Positions 19,712-29,879 of a stretch of DNA of 64,000 nucleotides are shown one piece after another. The notes below the pieces were generated by a model. It was not told where the DNA came from. It ran no database searches and was given only the letters and a program-made list of their open reading frames with translations. A program made the position numbers and the translations under genes. This DNA is from Candidatus Poribacteria bacterium (lineage in GTDB: Bacteria > Poribacteria > WGA-4E > WGA-3G), in NCBI GenBank assembly GCA_963663765.2, contig CAXXUA010000004.1:928001-992000 (forward strand), given 5' to 3'. Every line of letters begins with the position of its first letter. The stretch's first letter is position 1.

Positions 19712-19751
19712 TTTGAGTAAAGCTTAGAGGCATTGAATTGTCAAAATATAC

Positions 19752-19861
19752 TCTTGTGGGAGGGGTTTTCAACGCCTATTTTATGTTCTTTCGTCTAAAA
19801 TCGGGGTTGAAAACCCCTCCCACAAGAGAAACACCAACAATATTTTATATTGACGCCTATG
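19752..19861. repeat. Degenerate family B element
   Basis: CTCTTGTGGGAGGGGTTTTCAAC / GTTGAAAACCCCTCCCACAAGAG pair; right end ATTGACGCCTATG. Confidence 0.7.
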
Positions 19862-20120
19862 GCTGCGTTGTAAAAGTCTCCTACAGATGTATCACTGATT
19901 AGAGTTTAGAGTATAACAGAAATTGGGATTTATCAAAAGGTTAATTCGCAGGGTTTCAGCTCGCAGGGGGGTGTGTAAAGTTTTTGTAGAAACCCTGATA
20001 TTAAAAGAAGTACGTCCAGTTTCTATTAATGGTTACTTGACGTTAGGGAACTGTGGACATCGTAGAGGCGAGGTTTCCTCGCTCGCGTAAAACTTCTGTT
20101 CGGGCAGGGAGACCCAGCCC

Positions 20121-20517
20121 CATTGGCGTCTATTTAAGGATTTTGACCTCTTGTGGGCTTTCTTTTACCCATAAGTTTTTGGGTATTGTCCGTTAAGTCT
20201 TTTGTGGGTGCCTATTGCTCAAAAACACCTGAAAACTGACCAATATTTTAGATGGTAGAATACCGTTATAGGCTTTTTAGACAAGTTTCACAAGATTTTT
20301 TAGTTCTTATGACCAGTTTTCTGTAATCTATCGGGGTTAGAAACCCCTCCTACAGCAGCATGGCGTGCCTTTGTACCTCCAATTTGACTTATGGGTAAAA
20401 GTAAGCTTGTGGGAGGGGTTTTCAACCCCGATTTGACAGAAAATAATCATAAAATCGGGGTTGAAAACCCCTCCCACAAGAGAATATACAACACTACTTC
20501 TTAAATTGACGTCTATA
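20121..20517. mobile_element. MITE family B copy interrupted by family A
   Basis: CATTGGCGTCTATTTAAG ... CTTAAATTGACGTCTATA; flanked by GGGCAGGGAGACCCAGCCC and GGGTGGGGAGACCCCGTCC. Confidence 0.82.
20158..20405. mobile_element. MITE family A, copy 2 (inverted)
   Basis: TIR CTTTCTTTTACCCATAAGT / ACTTATGGGTAAAAGTAAG; 8-bp TSD CTTGTGGG (20150-20157, 20406-20413). Confidence 0.88.
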
Positions 20518-20785
20518 GGGTGGGGAGACCCCGTCCCTACGTCCTGTAACCAAAACTTTACACACCCGCAGGGTTCAGGTGTATTCAGTATTAAGAATCT
20601 ATCGTAATAGCAGTTAACTTTGGGTTAAGATTAGTGAAGTGTATAGTGATTTTTGCAGTGGTATTTAGTTTTAGGTATTTTAGCTGTTTCCTGAGAAAAT
20701 CGCGATTGGGATGTCGCTCCTACTGCGGGGTTATTTTTGGAATAATCCAAAAATAGGAAAACTGAATAACCTTAGCCTTTTTTGG

Positions 20786-20814
20786 TTGACAATCACACAC
20801 AAATTGAGTATCCT
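20786..20814 (+). promoter_or_regulatory. Putative promoter of the molybdoenzyme operon
   Basis: TTGACA-N17-TATCCT. Confidence 0.6.
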
Positions 20815-20873
20815 TATAACAAGGAATTAATCAGTACAGCAGTGGAAAAACAGATAGAAATGGAGGAACAGAT

Positions 20874-21728
20874 GTGAAAAATTTTGAGTTTTTTGAACCG
20901 ACCACCCTTCCTGAAGCGTCCCGCTTGTTTGCACAAGAACATGCACAGTTGCTCGCAGGTGGGACTGACCTTGTAATCGGTATGAAGGCATATTCGGAAA
21001 CACCGCAAACAGTCATTAGCCTGCAGAAAATTCCAGGATTAGACGGTATCAACACTGATACAGACAATAGCATCACTATTGGCGCTATGACAAATGTACG
21101 GGAAGTTGAACTATCAGAGGATATAAAGAAACTCCACACCGCATTATCAGAAGGAGCATTGGAAATCGGTTCTATTCAGATACGCAACCTTGCAACTATC
21201 GGAGGAAACATTGCACATGCATCCCCCGCAGCAGATACAGTCGCAGGTTTGCTCGTAGCTGACGCACAGGTTGACATCGCAAGTGCTGATGGAGGACGAT
21301 CAGTACCAATAAATGAACTTTTCACAGGACCAGGACAGACCGTCCTAAAACCAGGAGAGATTATTACGCAATTTCGTCTACCAAAGCCTGCTTCAGGTTC
21401 ACACTATATCAAACATAAAATCCGTGAAGTGATGGATTTAGCATTTATCGGTGTTGCATCTGCTGTCAACTTAGACAACGGAACAATTACAGATGCAAAA
21501 ATAGGTCTTGCAGCTGTCGCACCAACACCTATCCGCGCAACTGCAGCAGAAAACTTACTGAAAGGAAAAGAAATCACGACTGAACTCATAGAACAAGCAG
21601 GTGAAGCAGCTGCCGCCGAAACAAGTCCAATATCCGATTTACGATGTTCCGCTGAACACCGAAGAGAAATGGTTAATGTTCTTACAAAACGAACACTGCA
21701 ACGCGCTTTGGAACGTGCAAGTGAATAA
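20874..21728 (+). CDS. Xanthine dehydrogenase/CoxM family FAD-binding subunit
   Basis: AGGTDL, QIRNLATIGGN..ASPAAD and PISDLR. Confidence 0.93.
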   Translation: MKNFEFFEPTTLPEASRLFAQEHAQLLAGGTDLVIGMKAYSETPQTVISLQKIPGLDGINTDTDNSITIGAMTNVREVELSEDIKKLHTALSEGALEIGSIQIRNLATIGGNIAHASPAADTVAGLLVADAQVDIASADGGRSVPINELFTGPGQTVLKPGEIITQFRLPKPASGSHYIKHKIREVMDLAFIGVASAVNLDNGTITDAKIGLAAVAPTPIRATAAENLLKGKEITTELIEQAGEAAAAETSPISDLRCSAEHRREMVNVLTKRTLQRALERASE

Positions 21729-21799
21729 AGATTGAAAAAGAATTCGCAAGCAACGACTTTCAGACTTCACTACGAAAATCTCAGTCAAGGAGAACAAAT

Positions 21800-22279
21800 A
21801 TGGCAAAACACCCTGTCAATCTTAAAGTCAACGGAGATGAACACGATTTACTCATTGAACCCCGCAAAACCCTACTGGCAGTACTACGCGATACAATCGG
21901 TTTGACAGGTACCAAAGAAGGTTGCAGCACAGGGGATTGCGGTGCATGCACCGTCATTGTAGGCGGGAAAGCTGTCACATCTTGTATGGTACTCGGTGTT
22001 ACCGCATCAGGTAAGGAAATAACTACTATAGAGGGATTAGCCACTGATGGCGAACTCCACCCAATTCAACAAGCATTTATTGATACTGGCGGATACCAAT
22101 GCGGTTTTTGTACTCCCGGTTTCATCATGGCATCAAAGGTTCTTGTAGATGAGAATCCGAAGCGGACAGAAGAAGAATTCCGATTTGCACTCGGTGGAAA
22201 TATCTGCCGATGTACAGGATACACGAAAATTCTTGAGGCAGTTCTACAAGCAGCCGAAGAAATACAAGCAAATTCATAG
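21800..22279 (+). CDS. CoxS/XdhC-type 2x[2Fe-2S] subunit
   Basis: GTKEGCSTGDCGACTV, QCGFCTPG and GNICRCTGY. Confidence 0.95.
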   Translation: MAKHPVNLKVNGDEHDLLIEPRKTLLAVLRDTIGLTGTKEGCSTGDCGACTVIVGGKAVTSCMVLGVTASGKEITTIEGLATDGELHPIQQAFIDTGGYQCGFCTPGFIMASKVLVDENPKRTEEEFRFALGGNICRCTGYTKILEAVLQAAEEIQANS

Positions 22280-22325
22280 AAAACTGACAGATTTAGTTCT
22301 TTCCAACAATTAAAAGGAGAAATAG

Positions 22326-22577
22326 ATGGGAAAAACAAAACGAGGAAAAGGTATTAGACATCTTTACATTGACCCTAACGGAACAGTTCATCAAGGTCTA
22401 TACAATAATGGACGCGGTACTTGTCCCGCATGCAATCGGACCGGTGTCAAAGTACTGTCTGACCATTATAGTGTAGAGGTAGGTGAGGATACCGTAGTCG
22501 TCTGCAAAAGATGTTATACCGCAATAGAACGTGGAAAAATAGAACTCCCAGCTGCAACGAACGCCGCTGCGGAATAG
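22326..22577 (+). CDS. Small basic zinc-ribbon protein
   Basis: RBS AAAGGAG; CPAC...CKRC; K/R-rich N-terminus. Confidence 0.75.
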   Translation: MGKTKRGKGIRHLYIDPNGTVHQGLYNNGRGTCPACNRTGVKVLSDHYSVEVGEDTVVVCKRCYTAIERGKIELPAATNAAAE

Positions 22578-22714
22578 CATGTTTTACCTACATAAGAATG
22601 ATATATAATTGCATTAATTATATACATACCTGGTAGGAGGAACCTATCGGTCGCGTCCGGGAGGTCCCCCCTACCATATATATATATAACTTGCTATAGA
22701 GAAAGGAGAACTGC

Positions 22715-25018
22715 ATGTCAGAATATAATGTTGTCGGTCAAAAACTACCACGTGTTGATGCTGTTGAAAAAGTTACGGGTGCCGCACAATACGGCGCAGA
22801 TATCCATCCAGCTGGAATGCTATACGGTAAGGTCGTTAGAAGCGCACACGCACACGCAAACATAATCAGAATTGACACTACCGAAGCAGAAAAACTTCCC
22901 GGTGTCAGAGCAATCGTCACACAGGAAGACGTACCCAGTGGAAGTAGAATCTTTGCAACGGACAAAGTACTATACTTGGGAGAACCGATAGCCGCAGTCG
23001 CAGCAACGGATCCAGATATTGCCGAAGAAGCAGCCAAACTCATCAACATCGAATACGAAGTACTGCCCACCGTTCAAGATGTAATGCAAGCCATAAAACA
23101 GGACGCACCACGTCTGCACGGAGATGCAACAAAAGACGGACCAAATCGCAGAGACATCATCGCAAAAATAAAGCAACTCTCTGAAAATCAGGAAGTGGAT
23201 AACAACGAGGAAATTCGAAGACTTGAGACTGAATTAGAGAAATATTCCGATGAAATCTATTACAATATTTCTGCTGAAACACATAACGCTGCAGGAGATG
23301 TTGAAAAAGGTTTTGCAGAGTCAGACATCGTTGTTGAGGATACTTATGTGATACCGCGTGTGCATCAAACATACATGGAACCACATGTATCTGTCGCAAG
23401 CGCAGATTCATCAGGAAAGGTCACCGTTTGGGCTTCAACGCAAGGTCCATTTGCTATCCGTTCCGGTATTGCAGGAAGACTCGGCATCCCATTGACAAAA
23501 ATAAACGTCATCGGAACAACGATGGGAGGCGGTTTTGGTGGACGATTCGGTGTAATTATCACCCACGTCCCCGCTGTGCTGCTTTCACAAAAAGCCGGTC
23601 GTCCGGTGCGTGTTCAAATGACACGTGAAGAGGAATTCCTTGATGGCAGACCCGCACCCGGTTGTGTTATCAAACTCAAAACTGGCGCAACTAAAGACGG
23701 GCATATCCTCGCACGGCAAGCACTTGCATTCTGGGATTCTGGTTCAGTCTCCGGCGCATCTATCGGAAGTACCATCCGTGTTCGCGGTGTCTACAAAATT
23801 CCAAATATCAAAATAGACGCTTACGGTGTACATACCAACAAATCTGGCACTGCTGCCTATAGAGCACCCGGTGCACCCCAAGCCATTTTTGCTGGGGAAT
23901 CGCAGCTGGACGAAATCGCAGAAAAAATCGGTATGGATCCTGTCAAATTCCGATTGATGAATATGCGCGAAGAGGGAGACTCTGTCCCCGCAGGTGGTAG
24001 CGAACCAAGAGTCGGTTACAAAGAAACGTTGGAAGCAGTTGCAGATGCTGCTGGATGGTGGGATCGTGATGCAAATGAAAACCAAGGGTGGGGAGTCGCT
24101 GTCGGTGATTGGACAAACGGTTGTGGTCCCGGTGGTGTATATGTGTCTGTCCACGAAGATGGAAGTGCACGTATCTTCCACGGATCTATGGACATCACTG
24201 GTACAGATACCGCTATCACACAAATCATCGCTGAAATCTTGACCGTTCCCTATAAAAATGTCACTATCCGACGAGGTGACACAGATTCAGCCCCGTATTC
24301 AACTGGTTCAGGTGGTAGTGTTGTCACCTTCACAATGGGGAACACTGCAAAATTGGCAGCTGAAGATGCACGTAGACGTATAATTGAACTCGCATCTGAA
24401 AGACTCAATACAAACGCTGATAACCTTGAACTTAAGGAAGGTGCTGTTCATACAATCACAGCGGATCCGCCGAAATCTATATCATTAGGTGAACTGGCAG
24501 CGTATAGTCTCTCAACAACTGGTGGTCCAATTGTAGGTAAAGGCTCTTTTGCGAGGAAACCGAGTACGCCTGCACTTGCAGCACAAATCGCGAAAGTGGA
24601 AGTTGATCCTGATACCGGTAAAACGAGAGTGTTGAAACTTGTCGCTTCACAAGATGTCGGTTTTGCTATAAACCCAATGGCTGTTGAAGGGCAAATTGAG
24701 GGTGGCGTTGTGCAAGGATACGCATGGGCTATGATGGAAGAGATGCAATACGGTGAAAACGGAAACATCAATCCCGGTTTCGTTGATTACCGCGTACCTA
24801 CATCTGCTGACCTACCGACAGTTGAATCGGTGATCGTTGAAGTACCAGCTCCCAACGGTCCTTATGGAGCCAAAGGTGTAGGGGAACCACCCATCACACC
24901 AACATTAGCAACAATGGCTAATGCTGTCAAAGACGCTATCGGAGTTCGGATAACCGAACTTCCAATCAAACCCGAAAAGGTTGTTGAAGCACTGAAGAAT
25001 AACGGACACAAAACGTAG
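22715..25018 (+). CDS. Xanthine dehydrogenase family molybdopterin-binding large subunit
   Basis: RVDAVEKVTG, GGGFGG, AYRAPG, GQIEGG and GAKGVGE. Confidence 0.93.
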   Translation: MSEYNVVGQKLPRVDAVEKVTGAAQYGADIHPAGMLYGKVVRSAHAHANIIRIDTTEAEKLPGVRAIVTQEDVPSGSRIFATDKVLYLGEPIAAVAATDPDIAEEAAKLINIEYEVLPTVQDVMQAIKQDAPRLHGDATKDGPNRRDIIAKIKQLSENQEVDNNEEIRRLETELEKYSDEIYYNISAETHNAAGDVEKGFAESDIVVEDTYVIPRVHQTYMEPHVSVASADSSGKVTVWASTQGPFAIRSGIAGRLGIPLTKINVIGTTMGGGFGGRFGVIITHVPAVLLSQKAGRPVRVQMTREEEFLDGRPAPGCVIKLKTGATKDGHILARQALAFWDSGSVSGASIGSTIRVRGVYKIPNIKIDAYGVHTNKSGTAAYRAPGAPQAIFAGESQLDEIAEKIGMDPVKFRLMNMREEGDSVPAGGSEPRVGYKETLEAVADAAGWWDRDANENQGWGVAVGDWTNGCGPGGVYVSVHEDGSARIFHGSMDITGTDTAITQIIAEILTVPYKNVTIRRGDTDSAPYSTGSGGSVVTFTMGNTAKLAAEDARRRIIELASERLNTNADNLELKEGAVHTITADPPKSISLGELAAYSLSTTGGPIVGKGSFARKPSTPALAAQIAKVEVDPDTGKTRVLKLVASQDVGFAINPMAVEGQIEGGVVQGYAWAMMEEMQYGENGNINPGFVDYRVPTSADLPTVESVIVEVPAPNGPYGAKGVGEPPITPTLATMANAVKDAIGVRITELPIKPEKVVEALKNNGHKT

Positions 25019-25076
25019 TTTTTCTTACAAAGGTTTTGTGATGCATTCGTGTTTTGCAAAACCTTAACTACAAGAA

Positions 25077-26129
25077 CTAAAATTCGTTAAACACTTTCAC
25101 TGGTCTACCAGTTTCAATAGATTCCCATGCAGCAACCCCTACAGCTATAGACTTTGCACCGTCGATGACATTCGGAGATGGTTCCAAATCTTCTTCAAGA
25201 CACTCCTGAAAATGACGCATATATCGGATAACGGTTTGACCGTGTCCATAGACACTGCTATCAACTTCAGGTGGACATGTCATTTCAAATGGTTCCCTCG
25301 CAGACATCTTATCCAACATAAGCTTTACATGTCCCTCTTTGTTATCCGTAAAATCTCCAATCATAGTGCCTTTAGTGCCATAAACAGACACTTGCATCAT
25401 CGGCATCGGTGGGTGAACAACATCATATAAACCCATGGCACGAGCAATTTGTCCGCTCTTAAACTTCAAATTCAAAAAGAAATTGTTCTTTATCGGATAC
25501 TCATGTGTAAGTTTACCTTTAGTCCCATAAGCGTGCACCTCTTCAACATCACCAAGGAAACTGCGAAGAATGTCAACAGGATGAACAACTCCCCCAAACA
25601 TTAAGTCCTGCGGTACATGCAACCGCCATGGTGTGAAATCATAAACATCCCGTAAATCATGCACATAATACGCATCCGCGACCATAATTTCACCCAGATC
25701 GCCATCGTCATATAGACGTTTCATCGTCAGAAACTGAAGATCAAAACGCATCGTCTGTCCAACAAGAAACTTGACCTTGTGCTTTCTGACTAAATCCACC
25801 AACCGTTGTGCATCTACTAACGTCGTCACCATCGGTTTAGTGCAAACCACATGCTTGCCTGCCTCAATCGCTGCAATACAATGTTCCGCATGTAAATGGT
25901 CAGGAGAATAAACCGCAACAACTGATATATCCTCACGATGAAGCAATTCCCTGTAATCTGTCGTCCAAAAACCAACACCAAGTTGCTTCGCGTAGTTTTC
26001 AAGCACATCCTCCCTTTTTGCACAGATACCGCGTAGGTCATATTTTAGGTCGAGTACATCCTTTAGCAGTGCCGCAGTCGAACCCATATTTGTGGGATTT
26101 ATTCCAATTACACCCAATCCTATTTCCAT
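25077..26129 (-). CDS. Gfo/Idh/MocA family oxidoreductase
   Basis: SPDHLHAEHCIAAIEAGKHVVCTKP; GGVVHPVD. Confidence 0.9.
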   Translation of the reverse strand: MEIGLGVIGINPTNMGSTAALLKDVLDLKYDLRGICAKREDVLENYAKQLGVGFWTTDYRELLHREDISVVAVYSPDHLHAEHCIAAIEAGKHVVCTKPMVTTLVDAQRLVDLVRKHKVKFLVGQTMRFDLQFLTMKRLYDDGDLGEIMVADAYYVHDLRDVYDFTPWRLHVPQDLMFGGVVHPVDILRSFLGDVEEVHAYGTKGKLTHEYPIKNNFFLNLKFKSGQIARAMGLYDVVHPPMPMMQVSVYGTKGTMIGDFTDNKEGHVKLMLDKMSAREPFEMTCPPEVDSSVYGHGQTVIRYMRHFQECLEEDLEPSPNVIDGAKSIAVGVAAWESIETGRPVKVFNEF

Positions 26130-26236
26130 ATTCTTACTCCTTTATTATTACTATTCATCGTATCACATCTAAAACTGTATCATAAGAATTATGTTGTGTT
26201 CAGATATACAAAACCAATTGTAGGATATGCCTAATT

Positions 26237-28003
26237 ATGCTATACTATTCCCCACATTCATTCAACATTAAACACACTATGAATTACGACCAAAGACCAC
26301 AATTAAATATACAACACAATGAAATGGTATCACATACCTTAGACCGTGCCATAGCATTTCTACTTACACATCAACAACCCGATGGCAACTTTGAAGGACT
26401 ACTCTCCTCAAGCACTTTTCCATCCTGTGCTTATGCATGGGTACAACTGATACAAGGATCCACACCCGACACCAAACTGATTGACTGGTTCATAAACTCG
26501 CAAAAGAACGATGGTGCATGGGGATTAGACACTGCAAATCAATCTAATCCCGCCGCAACCCAATTTGTCCAATTGATATTAGAACAGATAGATAAAGAAA
26601 CACCTGACCCTCGACTCAAAAATACTATATCCCAAATTCCGCATAACCCACATGATTTAGCATTGGTCAAGCTTGCTTACGCGACCTTCAATCGTTTTGA
26701 CTGGCAGAAATTAACAATGTCCAAAAACGCGTTACCGTTGATGAAAATAGTGAAATTCTTAACCAGAATTCCCATATTGCGCGCAAAGTTGAAACCCCCA
26801 AGAAACATACTTCCCCCAGTAGACCTATTCAATACATCTCTCTTTGATGACCTATTCATCGCGGAACAACATACGTTAGTTCCTGTTTTTCTCCTAATTG
26901 AACTGAACACAGCAAAACGTCCTGACATCTTAAAGTCATTGGTTGCGTGGTTAACAGCACGTGTACTAACTGATGGTAGTTGGTTTCGTGTGAATTATAT
27001 CACTGCATTATCGGTTTTAGCTTTGATAGAATATAACAAATACTCTGGCAATGATTCTGACATATCCCATTTTATTGAGAAAGGCATAAAATGGTTACAA
27101 TCTACTCAAAACCCTGATGGTGGTTGTAGGGAAGCAATAAATCTCAATGTGTGGGATACTGCACTCAGCGTTATCGCAATGACTGAGGTAAACAGAGAAA
27201 ACATAGTAACCACAAATTCAATCCAAAAAGCAGCACAATGGCTTGTGGAACATCAAAATGACGACGGTGGATGGGCATTTTCCGGATTGACTGAAAGCAC
27301 GCTTCCCAGCGATGCCGATGATTCTGCTTTAGCAACACTCGCAATAATTCGCGCAAATCTATCATCCGATAGTGCAAAGAACGCTATAAACAGGGGTATT
27401 CAATGGTTGATACACAACCAAAGTTCAGACGGAAGTTGGAGCACATACCAACCCGGACAAGGTGATGTCGGATGTGTCAGTATTACTTCACATGCGATTG
27501 AAACGTTATTAGCAAACGATAGCAATGAGGTGTCAATAAATCGTGCAATACAATGGCTACGCACAAACATTCAAAACGACGGTTATTGGGACGATTTGTG
27601 GTTAGCAAAACGCACTTACGGTACTGCGTGCGCACTTGTCGCACTGGTAAAAGCAGGTTTCGCAGACGTTCCAGAAATCACAAAAGCGGTACATTGGTTG
27701 GATCAGATACAAAACTCCGATGGGGGATGGGGAGAAGATATGTTCGGTAATCCTACTAAAAGCACTATTGAACAGACTGCATGGTGCACCTACGCTTTAC
27801 TACTTGTCAATGCAGAACATATTGCAGCACAGAAAGGGATTGAATTCCTAATTGGACATCAAAGAGAAAACGGTTCATGGCAAGAGAGTTGTGTCGGTAT
27901 CTATTGGGAAATCATTGGCGGATACAGCGATCCAATATATGCCTCTGTCTTCCCAATCTTAGCACTAAACCAATATGTCAATAATACCATGAAGTCAGTT
28001 TAA
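26237..28003 (+). CDS. Squalene-hopene cyclase-like class II terpene cyclase (true start probably 26279 or 26324)
   Basis: Multiple QW repeats (QNDDGGW, QSSDGSW, QNSDGGWGE, QRENGSW), VWDTAL and the catalytic-type SDADDSA motif. Confidence 0.8.
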   Translation: MLYYSPHSFNIKHTMNYDQRPQLNIQHNEMVSHTLDRAIAFLLTHQQPDGNFEGLLSSSTFPSCAYAWVQLIQGSTPDTKLIDWFINSQKNDGAWGLDTANQSNPAATQFVQLILEQIDKETPDPRLKNTISQIPHNPHDLALVKLAYATFNRFDWQKLTMSKNALPLMKIVKFLTRIPILRAKLKPPRNILPPVDLFNTSLFDDLFIAEQHTLVPVFLLIELNTAKRPDILKSLVAWLTARVLTDGSWFRVNYITALSVLALIEYNKYSGNDSDISHFIEKGIKWLQSTQNPDGGCREAINLNVWDTALSVIAMTEVNRENIVTTNSIQKAAQWLVEHQNDDGGWAFSGLTESTLPSDADDSALATLAIIRANLSSDSAKNAINRGIQWLIHNQSSDGSWSTYQPGQGDVGCVSITSHAIETLLANDSNEVSINRAIQWLRTNIQNDGYWDDLWLAKRTYGTACALVALVKAGFADVPEITKAVHWLDQIQNSDGGWGEDMFGNPTKSTIEQTAWCTYALLLVNAEHIAAQKGIEFLIGHQRENGSWQESCVGIYWEIIGGYSDPIYASVFPILALNQYVNNTMKSV

Positions 28004-28011
28004 AACCTATT

Positions 28012-28698
28012 GTGGTAGAATTAAAAATGATCTCTGTCATCATACCAATTCTGAACGAAGCAAAAATATTGAATCAAACGCTCTCAAGACTAAAACCAGA
28101 ATTGGCAGACCACGAACTTATTATTGTTGATGGTGGAAGCACGGACGAATCTGTAATTATCGCAGAAAAGTACGGAAAGGTCGTTGCGTCTCAGCGCGGA
28201 CGCGCAAAACAACTGAATGTTGGGGCTTCGGCTGCTTCGGGTGATATTCTACTCTTTTTACACGCTGATGTCTGGCTTGAACCGGGGGCATTGAATGCTG
28301 TTGAAACTACACTATCATCGGGTTATGTAGGTGGTGGATTTTGTCAAAAGATTGATGCAAAAAACTTACTATATCGCCTAATTGAGAAAACTGCAGATAT
28401 GCGAGGAAAGTATCAAAAGGTCTTCTATGGAGACAGTGGTATTTTCGTAAGAAAAGACATATTTGAACGCATCGGAGGATTTCCAGACGTTCCAATTATG
28501 GAAGAATTGAGATTTTCTAAGCAATTACGTCGGTTAGGCAAAACAAGTATGGTCAAACCACATATCCATATCTCTGCACGACGATGGGAGACCAATGGAA
28601 TCATACGAACAACACTTAAGAACTGGTATATCACAGCATTATATCACTGCGGTTTCTCATTGGAACAACTGGCAAAAATATATCAAGATATTCGATAA
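28012..28698 (+). CDS. GT2 glycosyltransferase, TIGR04283-like (likely ATG start at 28027)
   Basis: ISVIIP.LNEA, VDGGSTD, GRAKQLN.GA, LLFLHAD, YGD, GGFPDVPIMEE and SARRW. Confidence 0.85.
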   Translation: MVELKMISVIIPILNEAKILNQTLSRLKPELADHELIIVDGGSTDESVIIAEKYGKVVASQRGRAKQLNVGASAASGDILLFLHADVWLEPGALNAVETTLSSGYVGGGFCQKIDAKNLLYRLIEKTADMRGKYQKVFYGDSGIFVRKDIFERIGGFPDVPIMEELRFSKQLRRLGKTSMVKPHIHISARRWETNGIIRTTLKNWYITALYHCGFSLEQLAKIYQDIR

Positions 28699-28757
28699 GA
28701 AAAACCTAACGCAGCAATAATATATCCGCTACCACTACGTTAGGCTAATAGATACTA

Positions 28758-29633
28758 TTAACGTGACTTTTTAACTTCTCCCCAAGTTGTTGCTAATTTA
28801 TTCTGTGCATGGACTTCTAAAGAAGCATTGACAATTAACCAATTCTCAATGAATTCAGCAACACCGATTCCACGTGGATCAGTTCCAATCCAAGTAGGTG
28901 TAGCTGATTGCCACATTGCAGCAATAATACCAAAACCATCTTTGCCTTCATCTTTACTGATAGCAACAGCCGGATCACCGTTATTATCACCTGATCGTGC
29001 AAATACTACAACATCATAGTTTGTGTTAGCAAACTGTTCTAAATGCCATGGACGATGAGAAGTGAATACCTTCAATGATGGGATATACATCATACCTTCA
29101 TCGGTAGGAGTCATACTAAAACTTCCCGCTCCGCGATCACCAAAGTCTAAACCAGAAATATCAAAGACGTTAGCTGCGCCAGCTCCAGCATTTTCTGCAC
29201 TTCTAGCTCCACCTTCATAACTCATGTAGAAAATCCAATCAGCAACGTTAATGACAATGTTCCCAGCTTCAATGAAGTTCTCTATAATTGAACCGTCCGG
29301 TTTTAAGTTGGGAAATGGATATAGTCCGCTTGGTGTTGTCCCACAAGCAAGAATTATTACATCTTGTCGACCATTGTCTGTATGTCTAACACACCACTGC
29401 GCTAACGGAGATTCTTCTCCTACTTCATCACCATCACCGAAGTTTTCTATATTATCAAACGCTTTAATGACCCCTGCATGGTTCATGATTGTTTCTGTAT
29501 TGTTTTTAACAGCATCAGCTGTAATCCAGTCCGGATTAGAGGGACCAGAGTAAATTGCTAAGTCACCCGCAAATACTATGCATGCACCTAACAATATGCC
29601 AAATATGGCATAACATATAGAACTCTTGATCAT
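28758..29633 (-). CDS. Secreted hypothetical protein with a C-terminal 'VxxxxKLATTWGxxK' tail
   Basis: N-terminal signal peptide; ends LEVHAQNKLATTWGEVKKSR; RBS AAAGGAG. Confidence 0.8.
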   Translation of the reverse strand: MIKSSICYAIFGILLGACIVFAGDLAIYSGPSNPDWITADAVKNNTETIMNHAGVIKAFDNIENFGDGDEVGEESPLAQWCVRHTDNGRQDVIILACGTTPSGLYPFPNLKPDGSIIENFIEAGNIVINVADWIFYMSYEGGARSAENAGAGAANVFDISGLDFGDRGAGSFSMTPTDEGMMYIPSLKVFTSHRPWHLEQFANTNYDVVVFARSGDNNGDPAVAISKDEGKDGFGIIAAMWQSATPTWIGTDPRGIGVAEFIENWLIVNASLEVHAQNKLATTWGEVKKSR

Positions 29634-29879
29634 AAAAAAAATTCTCCTTTAAAATAGTAAGATACTAATAGAATCTATTTGCTCAGTTTTCTGCAAAACT
29701 TCACAATAGAGACACATCAGAATTGCCAATTTATTACTCCATTCATAGAGCAAAATTCAATACATATATACAGTAAAGCATATAATTATTTGGACTTTTT
29801 TGTAGTACAACACCCGCAGTCCGTTAGGGTGCAAAAACCATAGAACAAAGTGTTTAGGTTAAACCAAACAAACTAAAAA

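Larger units (their letters stand above)
19969..20567. mobile_element. MITE family C (inverted relative to 11632) containing B, which contains A
   Basis: TIRs as in the other C copies; removing 20121-20517 leaves the reverse complement of 11632-11814 plus one extra hairpin; only a 6-bp GCAGGG flanking repeat. Confidence 0.85.

Noticed and set aside
20874-25018. Aerobic CO dehydrogenase (coxMSL)
   Set aside because: The large subunit lacks AYxCSFR and no cox accessory genes are adjacent
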